From positions 1-64,000 of the forward strand of contig JALDZS010000133.1 in the NCBI GenBank assembly GCA_022813965.1: a stretch of DNA of 64,000 nt, in the 5' to 3' direction. The notes under the pieces are model-generated. The model was not told where the DNA came from and searched no databases. It saw only the letters and a program-made list of their open reading frames with translations. The stretch's first letter is position 1. The number at the start of each line of letters is the position of its first letter. Below are positions 52,068-64,000 of the stretch, piece by piece. The stretch comes from Toensbergia leucococca (lineage: Eukaryota). Position numbers and translations under genes: made by a program.

Positions 52068-53463
52068 CTAAATATCTCCCCCGCTGCCCACATTCCCCTT
52101 GACTCCCTTGAAATCCTTCGAAGACTCCGGCCCAAAAGACATCGGTAATAACTAAACCGCACGAATCATATCTCATTAGCCAGTATCCCCTTCTTGTTAG
52201 ACTTACATCTGCAGCTCTGTAACGAAGGGGCAGACTTTATCACGATGACGATCTGATGGGGTAGAGATAACAGCCGGGCCAAGAACTCAAGATGATTTTT
52301 GAGCCTGGGATAGGAGAACGAAGCCGAGGGCGCAAAAGTGGAAAATTGAGTAGAATGCAGAAATACCTCATCTAGCGTTTTGACAACGTAAGACCCTGAC
52401 CCGTCGATCATGAAGATGGGAAGCGTCAGGGGGGCGAATTCTCGGATGCTGTTGGGGCTTTTAGAAGGAGAGGAATGACAGGGGAAAGATGTAGGCGATG
52501 GGTAGGAATTGAGAAGACGTACAACTGGCGGCACGAGCCACAAGGTGAGGCTTTATGAAGACCAGATGTTAGTGAGGTCATCGAAGAAGAGAGAATGTGA
52601 ATGAAAAGAGGAAGAGAGCAGAAGCAGGGCGTAAAAGGAGTGAAAGGAACGAAAGAGATTAATAGAGACAGAAAGAGCGGCCGCAGCAACCATCACACAA
52701 TTTCTCTCCCTCGCCCATTCATCGCTCCAGTTCTAGGTTCCGCAACAGAAATGTCTGTCCCTCAACAGTTGACAGCGTAGTGTCGGCCGAACAGAATGAT
52801 TGTGAAGGGAGTATGCAGTAGCCGCATCCCACCCCAACGAAGCAAACCACAAAAGTAAATCCAAAGAAAAGCAGCAATCATACCCGGCCCCGACGCATCC
52901 GTAGCCACAGCCAGCGCCTTAAAATGACCATGTCCCTCCGCCTATCAAACCCATCAGCCTCCATCCCCCCCCCCCCTCTCCCACCTCCCTCAACAAAAGA
53001 ACCAAAACCCAGCCAAAAAAAGTCATAGAGAAACACAAAAAAAAAACAACCACAAAAACTAACCACAGCCCTCCCAACAGCACAAACCTCGGCACAGATC
53101 CCAACCGGAAAGGCCGCATTCTCCACATTCACCCCCGTAATCACATTGCCCGCGTGCGTGAGGATGGCGCACCCGACGCGGAAATTGGAGTAGGGACCTG
53201 ATGCATATTTTTAAACGTTGGCTAGGTATTAGCCTAGCCTAGGGGCCTAGGGCCGGTGGGGGGGAGGGGATCCTAGAAGGGTAAAGTGGAGAGAGAGGGT
53301 TTGACATAAGTGAAAGGGAGAAGGAGGACTTGCAGTGAGCGCGGGGTTTGATGTCGATTGCGGCGAGGGTTAGGGCTTGGAGTTGGTAGAAGGGAAGGGA
53401 GAATTGGGTTGCGGGGGTTTGGAGGTTGGGGATGGGGTGGGGGGTCTGAGGAGGGGTGGGCAT
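52068..53463 (-). CDS. CDD1: Cytidine deaminase (homotetrameric type), multi-exon
   Basis: [37 protein letters not shown] and LLPMSFGPE joined across five GT-AG introns. Confidence 0.88.
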
Positions 53464-53849
53464 TCTTGTTCTTGACTTATGAGGATTGATGGAGTTGGGG
53501 GTGATGGAGCGTGGTTGAGGGTTAGGGGTGGGGTGGGGTGGGTGAGATAGGGGGTTGGATGTTAAGGGGGGGAGTTGGTATTGTGGTATTAAAAAGGTAT
53601 TGAATCTGAAGAGTGGAATGATTGGGTACGTTTACTTAGCCTCTATGATTTGTACGTCAGATGATATTTGAGTGAGTCGACTGCATTTTTGATACTCGTA
53701 TTTTCCATGTTCCTCCCACCATGATGATTGTATTTGATAGGTTCAATCCGGAAACATCTGGTATTTTTCACGTTCCAAACCTCGTCAAAGTATCCAAGTC
53801 TATCCACAGCAAGCAAAATCCAAGGAAAGTATCCTACCCATTTGCCCCG

Positions 53850-54911
53850 TCATCCCCACCATCCTCGGAGACCCTCATATATAGCAAATATAAACGCAGA
53901 ACTAGGAGCCGCTCTCATAACAGTGATACCACATCCCTGATAGAGCCCCTTTAAGCCCTGCTGCCTCCATAACGCTGCTCCCACGGCTCCAAAAGTTCGT
54001 CTCCCGCTACTGCTAGACGTTGATATTTCTTCCGTTTGCATGCGAGACTTAATTGTGTCGGCCGGGTAGAAAAGGAAGTTGTAGCTTACGCCTGCTATGG
54101 CGCCTGCAAACATCTGTTGCCACAAGGACAGTGTCGCGTTTGTGGCGGACTGAGGAGGTTTAGGATAGCTGTAGCGACGGAAGAGTGCTGATACCCCTTC
54201 GTAGCTACCAAACCAAGCCGCCGAGCCTCCAGTTTCGCGGATCAGTGTTCCTAGCTGTCCGCGCCAGAATCCGAAGATGCCATTACGACGAAACACAGAT
54301 GCAATGATCGATAATGGGCCCGGGCCACGAAGAGTAGAAGCGCTGAGCGGGACTTGCATCTGGCATTTAACCAGTTCAATGGGTGTAAGTAGCAGACTTG
54401 TGAAAGCCCCACTCGCCGCACCGCATAGAACGAGTGCGCCCAACGGCAGAGAAATACTTTCTTTAGATCGGAAGACTGTGGCTTGTAGCGCATTTTGCGC
54501 TACGCGGTAGCTAAAGAATAGACTACTGGTTTCAACTGCTGCGCCAAACAAAGGGGCGCTGATGCCACGATACAGACCTCGGATACCTTCAGTGCGGAAT
54601 GCTTGCCGGAAACAGTCCAACGGGCCGGCGTAGCGGAGTGGGAAATGATCTGGCTGAGATTGGAGACGCACTTTGACGGTGTCGAAGGGGTATTCGATTG
54701 TCTTTCCAATGACGCCTGCGATCTGGGAAGAGATGTGTCAATTCATCGCTAAGCTTGCAACAGCGTGGCAAGGTGAGCTACTCACCGAACCAAATGTAAT
54801 GTCTTTTAGCGCCTCTGTTCCTTGAGCATTTGTAGGAGTAGGCACCACCAACTTGATGTCATCATGGGAGTCGGCCGGTGTCGTGATCTGTCTTTCTGCG
54901 GCGTCAGTCAT
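53850..54911 (-). CDS. ORT1: Mitochondrial carrier, ornithine transporter (Ort1/AmcA-like)
   Basis: KDITFGS|IAGVIGKTIEYPFDTVKVRLQ and three Px[DE]xxK carrier repeats (PFDTVK, PIELVK, PADTIK). Confidence 0.85.
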
Positions 54912-55415
54912 CGACTTCTGCGTATCACGCGCTTCTCCTTTTGCGAAATATAACAGATATAAAGGCCGTTCTTTGGGAGTCAGAACGGCCTGGAGGAGGT
55001 ATTATTGAGCGATCATTGCGGTCCTCTATGAGATGTATGCTTTGCCAATTAGCGGTGAGTAACAGAATGCAGTTTCTGAACTGAGCGAGTAGTCAGTCAG
55101 TGAATGGTCAATGAAGTAGGCTTGGTGTGCGTATTCCTAAAATAAGGAAAGATTATGGATGTAAAGAAAAGCATGTCAATTCGGTGGGCTGGAGAAAAGT
55201 ATGTAAACTGAAGGCTCGTGAAGTCCCTCGAATGACGGATGAGATAAGGGTTGCGGATCTAATCTAATCAGATAAGCCTAACCTACCCGAGTGGAAGCAA
55301 TCTTCAAACCGAGTAATTCTAAACTTTCTTCCTTTGAATACAAGAACACCCAAACCGCCAGAGACCAAAGATAAAGAATTTCAAGTCATAAGAAGCTAAT
55401 TCTTTCCCACAATCT

Positions 55416-55905
55416 ATGGCTATGGCTACGGTTCCTGCAGTCCCGATGCCAGCACCATCGGCAGCGGTACCTGCGTCGTTGGGCATGCGAGAAAATGGTG
55501 CGCCCTCTTTTGCAGATCACGACATTAACCTTTGCTTCATATGCTCACATTCTCACAGGCAAACAGTGGCATGCTCAGAAGGCTGCCTTTCGACCCAAAG
55601 CTGGTCTTACCTCCTATACTAGACGTACTGAGGAGCGAAAATCGATGGCGACAATGAAAGCGAAGGAGAAGGAAATGAGAGACGAGAAAGAGGCCGAGAG
55701 ACAGGTACAACTAATGCGCTTTTGTACAAAGTGACCGTGCTGCTGACAATGTGCTTGATCGTAGCGACGAATACAAGCAATCAAGGACAAGAGGGCTGCT
55801 AAGGAGGAGAAGGAGCGGTACGAGAAAATGGCGGAGAAGATGCACAAGAAAAGAGTAGAGAGGTTAAAGAGGAGAGAGAAGAGGAATAAAATGTTGAAGT
55901 CGTGA
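55416..55905 (+). CDS. CGR1: rRNA-processing protein Cgr1/CgrA
   Basis: [18 protein letters not shown]...[58 protein letters not shown]. Confidence 0.92.
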
Positions 55906-56215
55906 TACGTAGAGCATTGGGACAGGGCTTTCGCGTTGGTTGGCGTTATGGATGATACCATATAGCGTAGTGAATTCAACGACATTTTGATACTCGATAT
56001 CCGTATTTCTTGCCTTGTCTGAATAGGCTATATTCTGCTTACCACTTCATCTGAGGCTCAATTGAAACGATCGTCAAAACACTTGTGTGACATAGCCTCA
56101 TAGCCTTTGACATGATATCTAATGTCCTTTCCTTTACGGAGTAGCTTCTCTTTCCTTTGAATGCCTCGACATCTCGATCTGTGAAAAACTGCATCAAGAC
56201 AAAACTCACCGTTCG

Positions 56216-57320
56216 ATGTCACGCCCTACCACACCGTCCTCTCCCGCCTTCCCTTCTTTCTCCAACACAGTACGGGCTTCTACGGCCCCAGCTAAATCCA
56301 AGCATCACATACCCCACCATTCCCACCATCACCATCACCATCATAACCGCGAAAATAGCGTTCCCCAGCATACATTTTCCGCCAATGCTTTCGGTGACTT
56401 CCTTAATCCCATTACGAGAATAGGCAGCAGGGGAAATGAGCTTGATTCACAGCAGCAAAGCAGGCCCCCAAGCCTGGTCCTTCGGGAAGCTCGAGAGGCT
56501 CGGGAAGCTAAGGCGAAGGAGGAGGAGCGGCAGACAAAGGAATGGGAACAAGTCAGTAGGCTGAGGGAGAAAAGAAAGGCAATGGATGAGTAAGTCTACC
56601 TGTTCTCAGCTGGAACAAATGTACCGCGTGTCTGTGAGAACAGTATGCCTGATACTGACAATCTTGATTAGAGAGCTACGCACATCCCTTCAGTCTCTTT
56701 CCAATCTTGGTACTACGACCACTCGCCGCCTAGACTACACATATTACTCGCTGCTAGAGAAAGTCTCCAGCCTTGTCTCCAACATCGAAGACCTACGTGA
56801 ACTCTCGAACACCACAACATCACTACGGCAGGATTTCGAGATTGAGGCTAGAAATCTGGAGAAGGAGATTGCAGGTCAGGTCTCTGCGTTTGGCAACTTC
56901 GACACGCAACGGGTACGCATCGAAGGACTGGAGATGCGGATGAAGGAGGGGAGGGCAAAGGTCGAGGAATTAGGAGGTAGATTGGGAAAGGTGAGAAGTG
57001 GAGTGGAAGCTTGGGAGAAGAAAGAAGTTGAATGGCAAATTAGGACTAGCAGGAGGCTGAGAATGTTATGGGGCTCGATTGCGGGACTTTTGGGGCTTGC
57101 GGGGTTATTCATCGTGTTGCTCATGTTCAAGCGGTGGGGAAAGAGAAGGCTAGATGCCGGTGAGGCCTGGAGCGTTGACAGAGGGGTGGGCGCAAATACT
57201 GCTCTGCCGGTGGGATTGACGGATGAGAGAATGGTCAAGACAAGCAGCACATCGAGAAGACCCCCAAGTAGTTCGACTATTCTGCCCGACCCCATCTTGC
57301 AGCTCTTTGATGAGTTATAG
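56216..57320 (+). CDS. Conserved hypothetical coiled-coil single-pass membrane protein ending FDEL
   Basis: Two exons (intron about 56590-56671). TTRRLDYTYYSLLEK, heptad region, TM WGSIAGLLGLAGLFIVLLM, C-terminal LFDEL. Confidence 0.8.
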
Positions 57321-59164
57321 CGATGCTATGTAATTGGTACCTTTTGCAGCTCACGCTGGAAGCATGCGTAGTGATTTTCAGTGACCATTTTTAAGAACCA
57401 GATATTCTTGTGCTCGTATCTCGTCGACCAGCCAGGCCGAACTGCATCGCGCATGCATCACAGTATCTCAGAGCCAAAGATTAGTTACTTTATCTACGGC
57501 GGACTCGGATGCAGGGCACCTAACTGAGGCTGGATGACTGGGCCAAGGCCTCCCAAATATCTACGACAAAGCATTGTAACATCCATGTATACGATGGTTG
57601 TGACACGATCAATAATACTACGAAAGAAACCGAACCCATCGAGACATGGATGACTTGAAATTACATGATATGCGAACGCCACAAGAACTCTTCTCCAAAG
57701 TCCCGCGTAAAGCGAAGAGCATTGATGAAAAGAGATCATGCCCAGAAGGCCATCAAAAATTGCGCCAGCGAAGGCTCCGAAGAACATTCGACAACTCTTG
57801 TCTCCGCGATGTGCAATGCAGGACTTAAGTTATAACAGACCGTCTGCTTGATCACGGTTGTTCCAACAAGGTAAGTATGAAGAAGAAAAGAGAAATAGGG
57901 AGGATGGAGCGTGTATAAGTAGCTGTGGGATGGTCTCCGGGTAAGTGATGTGACATTCGAGGGGTTAGGTTGGGGCCCTCAGGGCGGAAGTGCCGCCGGC
58001 TTCGCTTATGGAGTTTGATGTTTGTTGCTTCTGTTATTTGTATTAAGATGGTTTCAACAAAGCACAGGTGCCTCAGAATGAGTTGAAGGAGGAGTGTATG
58101 TGAGAGTGACCAAGCAATAAGATCCATCCTCTCCAAAATCAACCTAGCTCTAAGACTATCACTTGTCCTCTGAACCAGAGCAGAATTACCGGTACTATGC
58201 TAATATCGAGAGACACCGCTACCACTCTTCACACTGACCCGAGGATCAAAACAGTTTCGTACTTCATACTTCGTAATTTCAGTGTATTGACATCAATTAC
58301 GCATAGCAGAGACTCGAAGATATCTTTGAAAAGCAAAAACACCTAGTAGAGTTGCCTTCTCTCTTCTCTTCTTTCCCAATCGTACGGGTCCTAAGATATA
58401 CCAGCATTTCTTCCTCTACACCTATCAATCCCCTATCCCCATCAGCGAGGTAACCAAGTCTCATTAGTCTCTCCATTCGCTCTCCCAAATCCCTTTTACT
58501 CCATACCCATCTCACCCGTCCCTCAACCATCCAGACCTCAAACAGCCAACCTCACCATCTTCCCACATTCTCTCCTTTCCCCTCCCCCCATTTTCCTCCC
58601 CTAAACCCGATTCCCTCAAAGTCCACATTCCACAAAACCACAGCGCACAAAAAATATCATCCGCCTCGACCTCACAGCCAGCATAATCAACGAACATGAT
58701 ACCTGGCGCACGTAAATCCCGTTCTTACACTTAGCCCGACCAAGTCCAAGTGAGATACATTAGTCGCAGTCAACCCGGAAGAATACACATACCTGCACAG
58801 AACGCATATAAAAACAACCTCAATCCACCGCGAGGCATCCCGAGGCATTTGGGGCAAAACATCAATTGTAAGGTAGATGCGAGCCGAAATTCCGCTCCTT
58901 TCATCACTAACATCCAAAAAACGAGAATGGTGGAAAACGCCTCAATTGACGCCGTACAGCTCGGATATTTGAAGAGAGTATAGGTTGCTGGAAATTTGAT
59001 ACCTCACGTCGACTCCGCAATTCAGGGTAGAAGGACAAAATAGACTTAATTGGGTATCTTAAAAAATGGCTATCAGAAATTCGCTCTGCATCGGTTTTAC
59101 ACGCGATCATCCCTAGCCAACAAGAATTGATCCTTCCAACAACTGCAAAGTAAGCCGACAGACC

Positions 59165-61400
59165 CTACGTCCCCCCAATGATATCATAATAATAATCCTC
59201 ATCCAAGCCCTCCCTCCCTGGAACCTCGGGCTCCTCTCCTCTAAAAGCCCCATCATCAAACCTCACATTCAGCAGCCTTATTTTCAACCCATATTGACTT
59301 ACCAACCCAATCAGCTTGTTCGTCTCGCTAGTGATGGGCTGTTGGTTCAGCAGCATCAGTAAGCCATCCAGCCATTCCGAGGCGAGGCTTTGAGACTGCG
59401 GGTGTAGGGTTAGGAGCACGGATTCTTGGCGGGTGTTGTTAGGGGTTGATTTGCTAGAGTTGGTGCGGGCGTGGTGCCGCTGTGGGGGATGGTTGGTCGG
59501 ATCGGAGACGGGGAGGTAGCCGTGGATAGTTATTTTAGTAGATGAAGAGGGTTGAGGGAGGGTTTTGAGGGTTGAGGTCGAAGAGTTGGAGTCCGGAGGG
59601 GCGGAGATATTGGAAGCCACTGAGGAGATAATGGCAAGATCTACTAGAGGGTTGTTAGTGGGCTGGAGAACGGAAGTTGCGATGCTTACCCTTGTTGAGA
59701 AGAACATCAAGGCCCGGCTCATGTTCTACTTGCGTCTCGAAGTCGGCGTAATGAAGGTAACGCCGGTTGTGAGAAAGCCGTACGTAGCGGTACGAAGAGG
59801 GGACTGAGCGTTTTAGATCTTGCTTCGTGACGGGCCCAGCTTCCAACTTGTAGCCGACGCCGTTTGGAAACCAGGCTCCCTGCAGCAGACATCGGATGCG
59901 CTGCTCCTTGACGAACTGCAAGGCTTCGTGGTTGAGTTCGTCTCGGATCTGGCGCAGGTGTCGACCCCAGGTGTCTTCATAAGTCAGCTCAAAAAGCTCC
60001 ATCTGCAGCTCCCTCAACCGTTGATAATCAAAATCTGCGATTTCCCCCTCGACCTCCTGGACATCTTTTACGCGGGAGGCACCTCCGACCACTGCCTCAA
60101 GCAGTATGCGGACTAGCTCTGCCACCTTGATGAAATCTTCCAGCTCTGCGCCTGTGGCTTTCCAAAGCCGGAAAAAAGCCGTTAGCCCCGCAGTATGAAG
60201 CTTGGACCACTGTAGAATCAACGGCTTGAAAACCTTGTCGATTCCGGATCTTGAATCCAAAGCAAGATAGCTCTTCGCATCTTCGAGATCCGATTTATCC
60301 ACTTCAAAATGCTCGTAAAGGATCGACGTTACCGCAAGACTCGCCCTTGCGATCGGGCAGCTCTGCTCAGTTGGCTTCGTTGATTGCTCCAGAAGCATCT
60401 TATGAAAGACATCTTCATGTTTCTTCACATAATCTGTAAGATCCATCATACCCAAGAATCCCACCTCTTCGAATTCCCAAGCCGGGCTCTCGCTTCCAAA
60501 GCCCAGACGTCTCCACTTGTCTGGACTATGTTTTCTTTTCACACCATCCTCTCTGTTATCTGACGCTTCTGGGAGCTTTTGAGGATTACTAGCCAAATGC
60601 AGAGCTTTCAATGCTCTCCTATGATCCGTCTTCTCCAGATCCACAGGAATGTCTCTCCATTTCCTCAGTAACACCTTTGTCAATGCTTGGAACTCCAAAA
60701 GCGGATGTGCTAGGTCATATAAGGCGGTACTCTGCATGAGGACGTACACGGCCTTGATGACTCCCAGATCTTGTAATCTCTTGATAAATTTTGGCCAGTC
60801 CGAGTCCGCATCGTTTGTGATGGCGTCTCGCATTAACGAGTTGATGAGTTGCAGGGCGTTGGCACACAGTGCATGATCAGCAGACGACAATCTGCTGACT
60901 AGCATTTCTAGAAATTGATGATGCACCGCGATCGCGGGCTTCAGAGCCCGAAATCCGAAAGCGTCCGGCTGAGATGTCTTGCTAGCAGAAGTATGTGGAT
61001 GTGAAACAATGGCGACGAGGACGGACATGGCACCCCTCAGGATATTGACTAATGGATGAGTGACTACCAGCTCTACAACCTGTCCAGCATCGTGTGGTCA
61101 GTGGTGAATTGGGAGAATGAGCCACGTTCTCACCCTCTCAACTATGTCCTGGTTAACATATTCCCACCCCTTGTCAACTTCTAGTAGGCGGGAGAAAGAG
61201 GCGAGGCTGTACGCCAGTGTGTTGCCGGTAGCGTGGAGGGTAAGGTATCTTAACCTAGTGAGACCTCCTTCAGAGATGAAAACATCGGCAAAAGAAGGGT
61301 CGCCGATATTAGATTGCAGCTTGAAGACTGCCATCTTTCGCACGGCATCCTCGTCACTACCCAGCCGCTCAACAAGCTCTGGGACGTTGATGCTCTCCAT
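59165..61400 (-). CDS. ELMO/CED-12 family protein with C-terminal PH domain
   Basis: VRKMAVFKLQ, KWRRLGF, GFLGMMDL, CPIARAS, FVKEQRIRCLLQGAWF, RLSHNRRYLHY, EWLDGLLMLL. Confidence 0.9.
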
Positions 61401-62000
61401 GAATCATGAAAGGGTCAATCCATCATTAACCATATATATCTACATAGGAGGGCGAGATCTGAGGTGAGAAGATGATGAACGTGGGATCTTAACGTGTGAG
61501 GTTAAGCGTTAAGGTACGAGTGCGTGTACTTTGTACTGGACACGTTATTTTAGTGTATAACGGCCCCTAAAATGATCGACCAGTAATTGTACTCGGTGGT
61601 TTAAATAAGGTCGCGCCGAAGCCCTACGTTAGGGCTTGTCGAGCAATGTGTACGAGTACATTCGAGGATTGTCCCATGAATCACATGCAAACCCTACACC
61701 CATTCCGTCATTGGTCGACTAATAAGCGGCAGTGCCTCTTCTGAAATGCCCCACGCTTCCTTGATGCGCACTACTACCGTGTACTAGGACAGCCACTCAG
61801 TTGGTCTAGAGCAATCAGCATTTGGAGCCGCTTCGAAGGGCGCGAGGGAGATCATCGTCACATGCTTTGACCCTCGATCTTGGCCTTGGGAATCTTCTCC
61901 ATCAATATCGCAGACACCAGCTCGTGAACTCTTGATTGGAGATGTTTGTTTGGATATTGTTGAAGGTGGTAATCCCAATGTTCAACCATCTTTGCCGCAA

Positions 62001-62988
62001 TTATATACCGTCATCTGGGAATGTCCATGGGGATTTGAATGAGATTGTAAGGATTGAACCAAGTTCCTTATCATAGAACTCTCGCTCGATATCTTTCTCA
62101 TTGCACCGCATAAATTGGCAGTATAATCCACCGATAAGACGGACGTAAAAGGGACATGATTGACATATTCTGCATATCGACCTTTCCCACCTTTCCGAAG
62201 GCATAGGCCATTCACCCTGCTGCTCTCGGTGCCGCGCATCGAAGTGTGCGTGGTATGACACGGAGATAAGGTTGAGTCAGCTCAAACCAAGTATCTCATC
62301 AACATGCAGCCCTGGTGTCAAAGCTGCATACGCGTTCTCCTCTTCCTTGCTTGTGCGACAGCCACAAATTGAGCTCTGGGAAACGGTTGATGATGCCCTG
62401 CATGATTGGTTCGAGTAGACGAACATCAGGCATTGATTTGAAAGATTGTGTAATTACATCAAATTTCGATCCATCCCCGATAGTAACGATAAAGCAAGTT
62501 GATTAAATTTCTGCAGGGAAGACTGATTTGGCCCCTGTCCAGAATCCACAATTGTAAAAGGTTGCTAAAAGATGGCACTCAGAGTACGACGGAAGGGACA
62601 GATAGGTAGATCTTGCAAGATAACGAGCCATAGTTCAACGCTGTACAGCTAGCATGGAAAGCTTGCGGGAATCTGCAGCATGGATTGGGTTTTAGACTCG
62701 ATAAATACACCATACGTCTCTCGCGATTGTCTTGTCGCACAGCAGCCGTAGACATATCTGCTTTACCCGCACCAAGGTTTGATCCAGCGAATCTTGACGG
62801 TGTTGTAAAAAGGCAACCTCTCAAAAGACTGACGCATCCAGTGCGGATATTGCACACCCTCAGGTTATCCTTGCTCTAGATAGAATATCTCTTTTGTGGA
62901 TCTCCCGGTCCGTCCAAGCGGCCTCGGCCTCGCGGGTTTTCACCCTATCATGAGAAGTTCTCAGTGATCGTGCACTGTAGTAATCCAT
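62001..62988 (-). pseudogene. Possible degenerate coding remnant
   Basis: Several protein-like segments in shifting frames, broken by stops. No recognisable family. Confidence 0.22.
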
Positions 62989-64000
62989 GTCAGGTGTGGC
63001 AGCTTATGCTGTTGAATTGGCAAGAAACAAGGAAGAGGATCAGTAGGGGAAGGTTAACAGGCTGATTTCCCGTGATATCGGCGGTTCTGAACGGTTTCAA
63101 TACCGTTATCATATTTCGGTCCTTTCATGCATAAGATAAGGGAAGGGGGGATGGAGTTAATAGTGGATGTGCCTGCCGTCGGTTATGCCTGCCAAGAACG
63201 CCACATATCCCCAACGGGCGCAAACGAGAGTGGCTTTTCTAGGGCTCAGGTCTGTGCGCTTAAACATTATCCGGAAGTCCGTATGTCGTCATTGTGTGTT
63301 TATCCATATTGTCGGAAATAGGCACGGATGAAATGATGGGTAAGCTACTTGGGTACATCGACGTTGAAATTGGTAGTCAGGAAGAATGTCAGATGACGAG
63401 GTATCAAGAGGGTCAAAGTTCAGATGTAAGTACTATGATAGCTCTTCTTACGTGTTCCCCCGTTACCTCGCCTAGGGTTACATGGAGGCTGGAAGCTGGT
63501 TTCAAGACACTGGTCATTCCTACGAATAGTCATCTAGTCGTAATGCTGTGTGTAAAGCAACGGAGATTACCAGAATAATCTGCAACACTCAGCTTACTCA
63601 TGTCCGCAGTATTTGAACCTTGTCGGGTAGAAGACTCGATGGAGACAGATGCCATGTGGGTTAGGCACATGGTCCAAAGGAGAGATGGACAGGGACAAGA
63701 GACAGTCTTGCTAATCAAAGTTTGGCCTATGAAGGCTATGAAAAACTAAGTACTGCCCACCTTGATTACCTTGATTAGTAGTAGTACCTAGTACCTACTG
63801 CCTAGTATATGGCGACCCATTGTCCCATTAGTGCGTATCTCGAGGTAATAGTAGCATCGGTGCAGGCTGAAAGACTGGTAAGCGAAAGGCGTGAGTGCTA
63901 CAGTCCACGGCATGGTGGCAGCATCCTTGGCGGTATCGATGTACTCTTTGGATGGCGCAATATGGAGTTGCTTGTGCGTGTCCTGGACTCGAATTCGAGT

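Noticed and set aside
52710..52750. TPP riboswitch-like GAACCT...GCGAGGGA in the CDD1 intron
   Set aside because: Lacks CTGAGA, TGAT and the TAAT-loop P5 stem, and the host is not a thiamine gene.
59067..59119. C/D snoRNA- or SECIS-like hairpin (TGGCTA...ATGAT...CTGA...TAGCCA) on the - strand
   Set aside because: About 50 nt is too short, box C is non-consensus (ATGATCG), SECIS geometry is wrong, and ascomycetes lack selenoproteins.
63473..63480. TAACCCTA on the - strand as a telomerase RNA template
   Set aside because: Only 8 nt, so expected by chance at this scale. I could not find a pseudoknot or P6.1-type element, and the downstream sequence looks like decayed coding DNA.
63789..64000. 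Open - strand frame running off the window end
   Set aside because: Too short and without motifs, so it cannot be supported as a gene 3' end.

Overview
A gene-dense window from a filamentous ascomycete (Pezizomycotina). Evidence: short GT-AG introns with CTRAY branch points and typical fungal housekeeping proteins. I can support about 28 intact protein-coding genes: PTA1, a Lys-rich protein, SIL1, complex I 17.8-kDa subunit, a GPI-anchored wall protein, a NUFIP1/CCCH protein, RPC25, HPM1, MPO1/DUF962, RPB7, DAP2, NNR2, SPT2, RPP2, RPS15, CYS3, a Zn2Cys6 factor, ATP1, an NTF2-like protein, an atypical SDR, a conserved hypothetical protein, VPS10, CDD1, ORT1/amcA, CGR1, an FDEL-ending membrane protein and ELMO/CED-12. 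There are also 2-3 decayed loci. I found no tRNA, rRNA, CRISPR array, intact transposon or biosynthetic cluster. The signals least explained by the annotation are: (i) repeated sharp C-rich to G-rich skew flips that ignore gene orientation; (ii) base-paired stems closing several unusually long introns; (iii) built-in unproductive splice options in HPM1 and CDD1; (iv) a CYS-3/MetR-type palindrome upstream of cystathionine gamma-lyase and a recurrent TACGGAGTA promoter motif; (v) a PTS1 signal on the NAD(P)HX dehydratase; (vi) a SNARE-like FDEL-terminated protein. All exon structures and identities were read by eye without database searches, so boundaries are approximate where noted.
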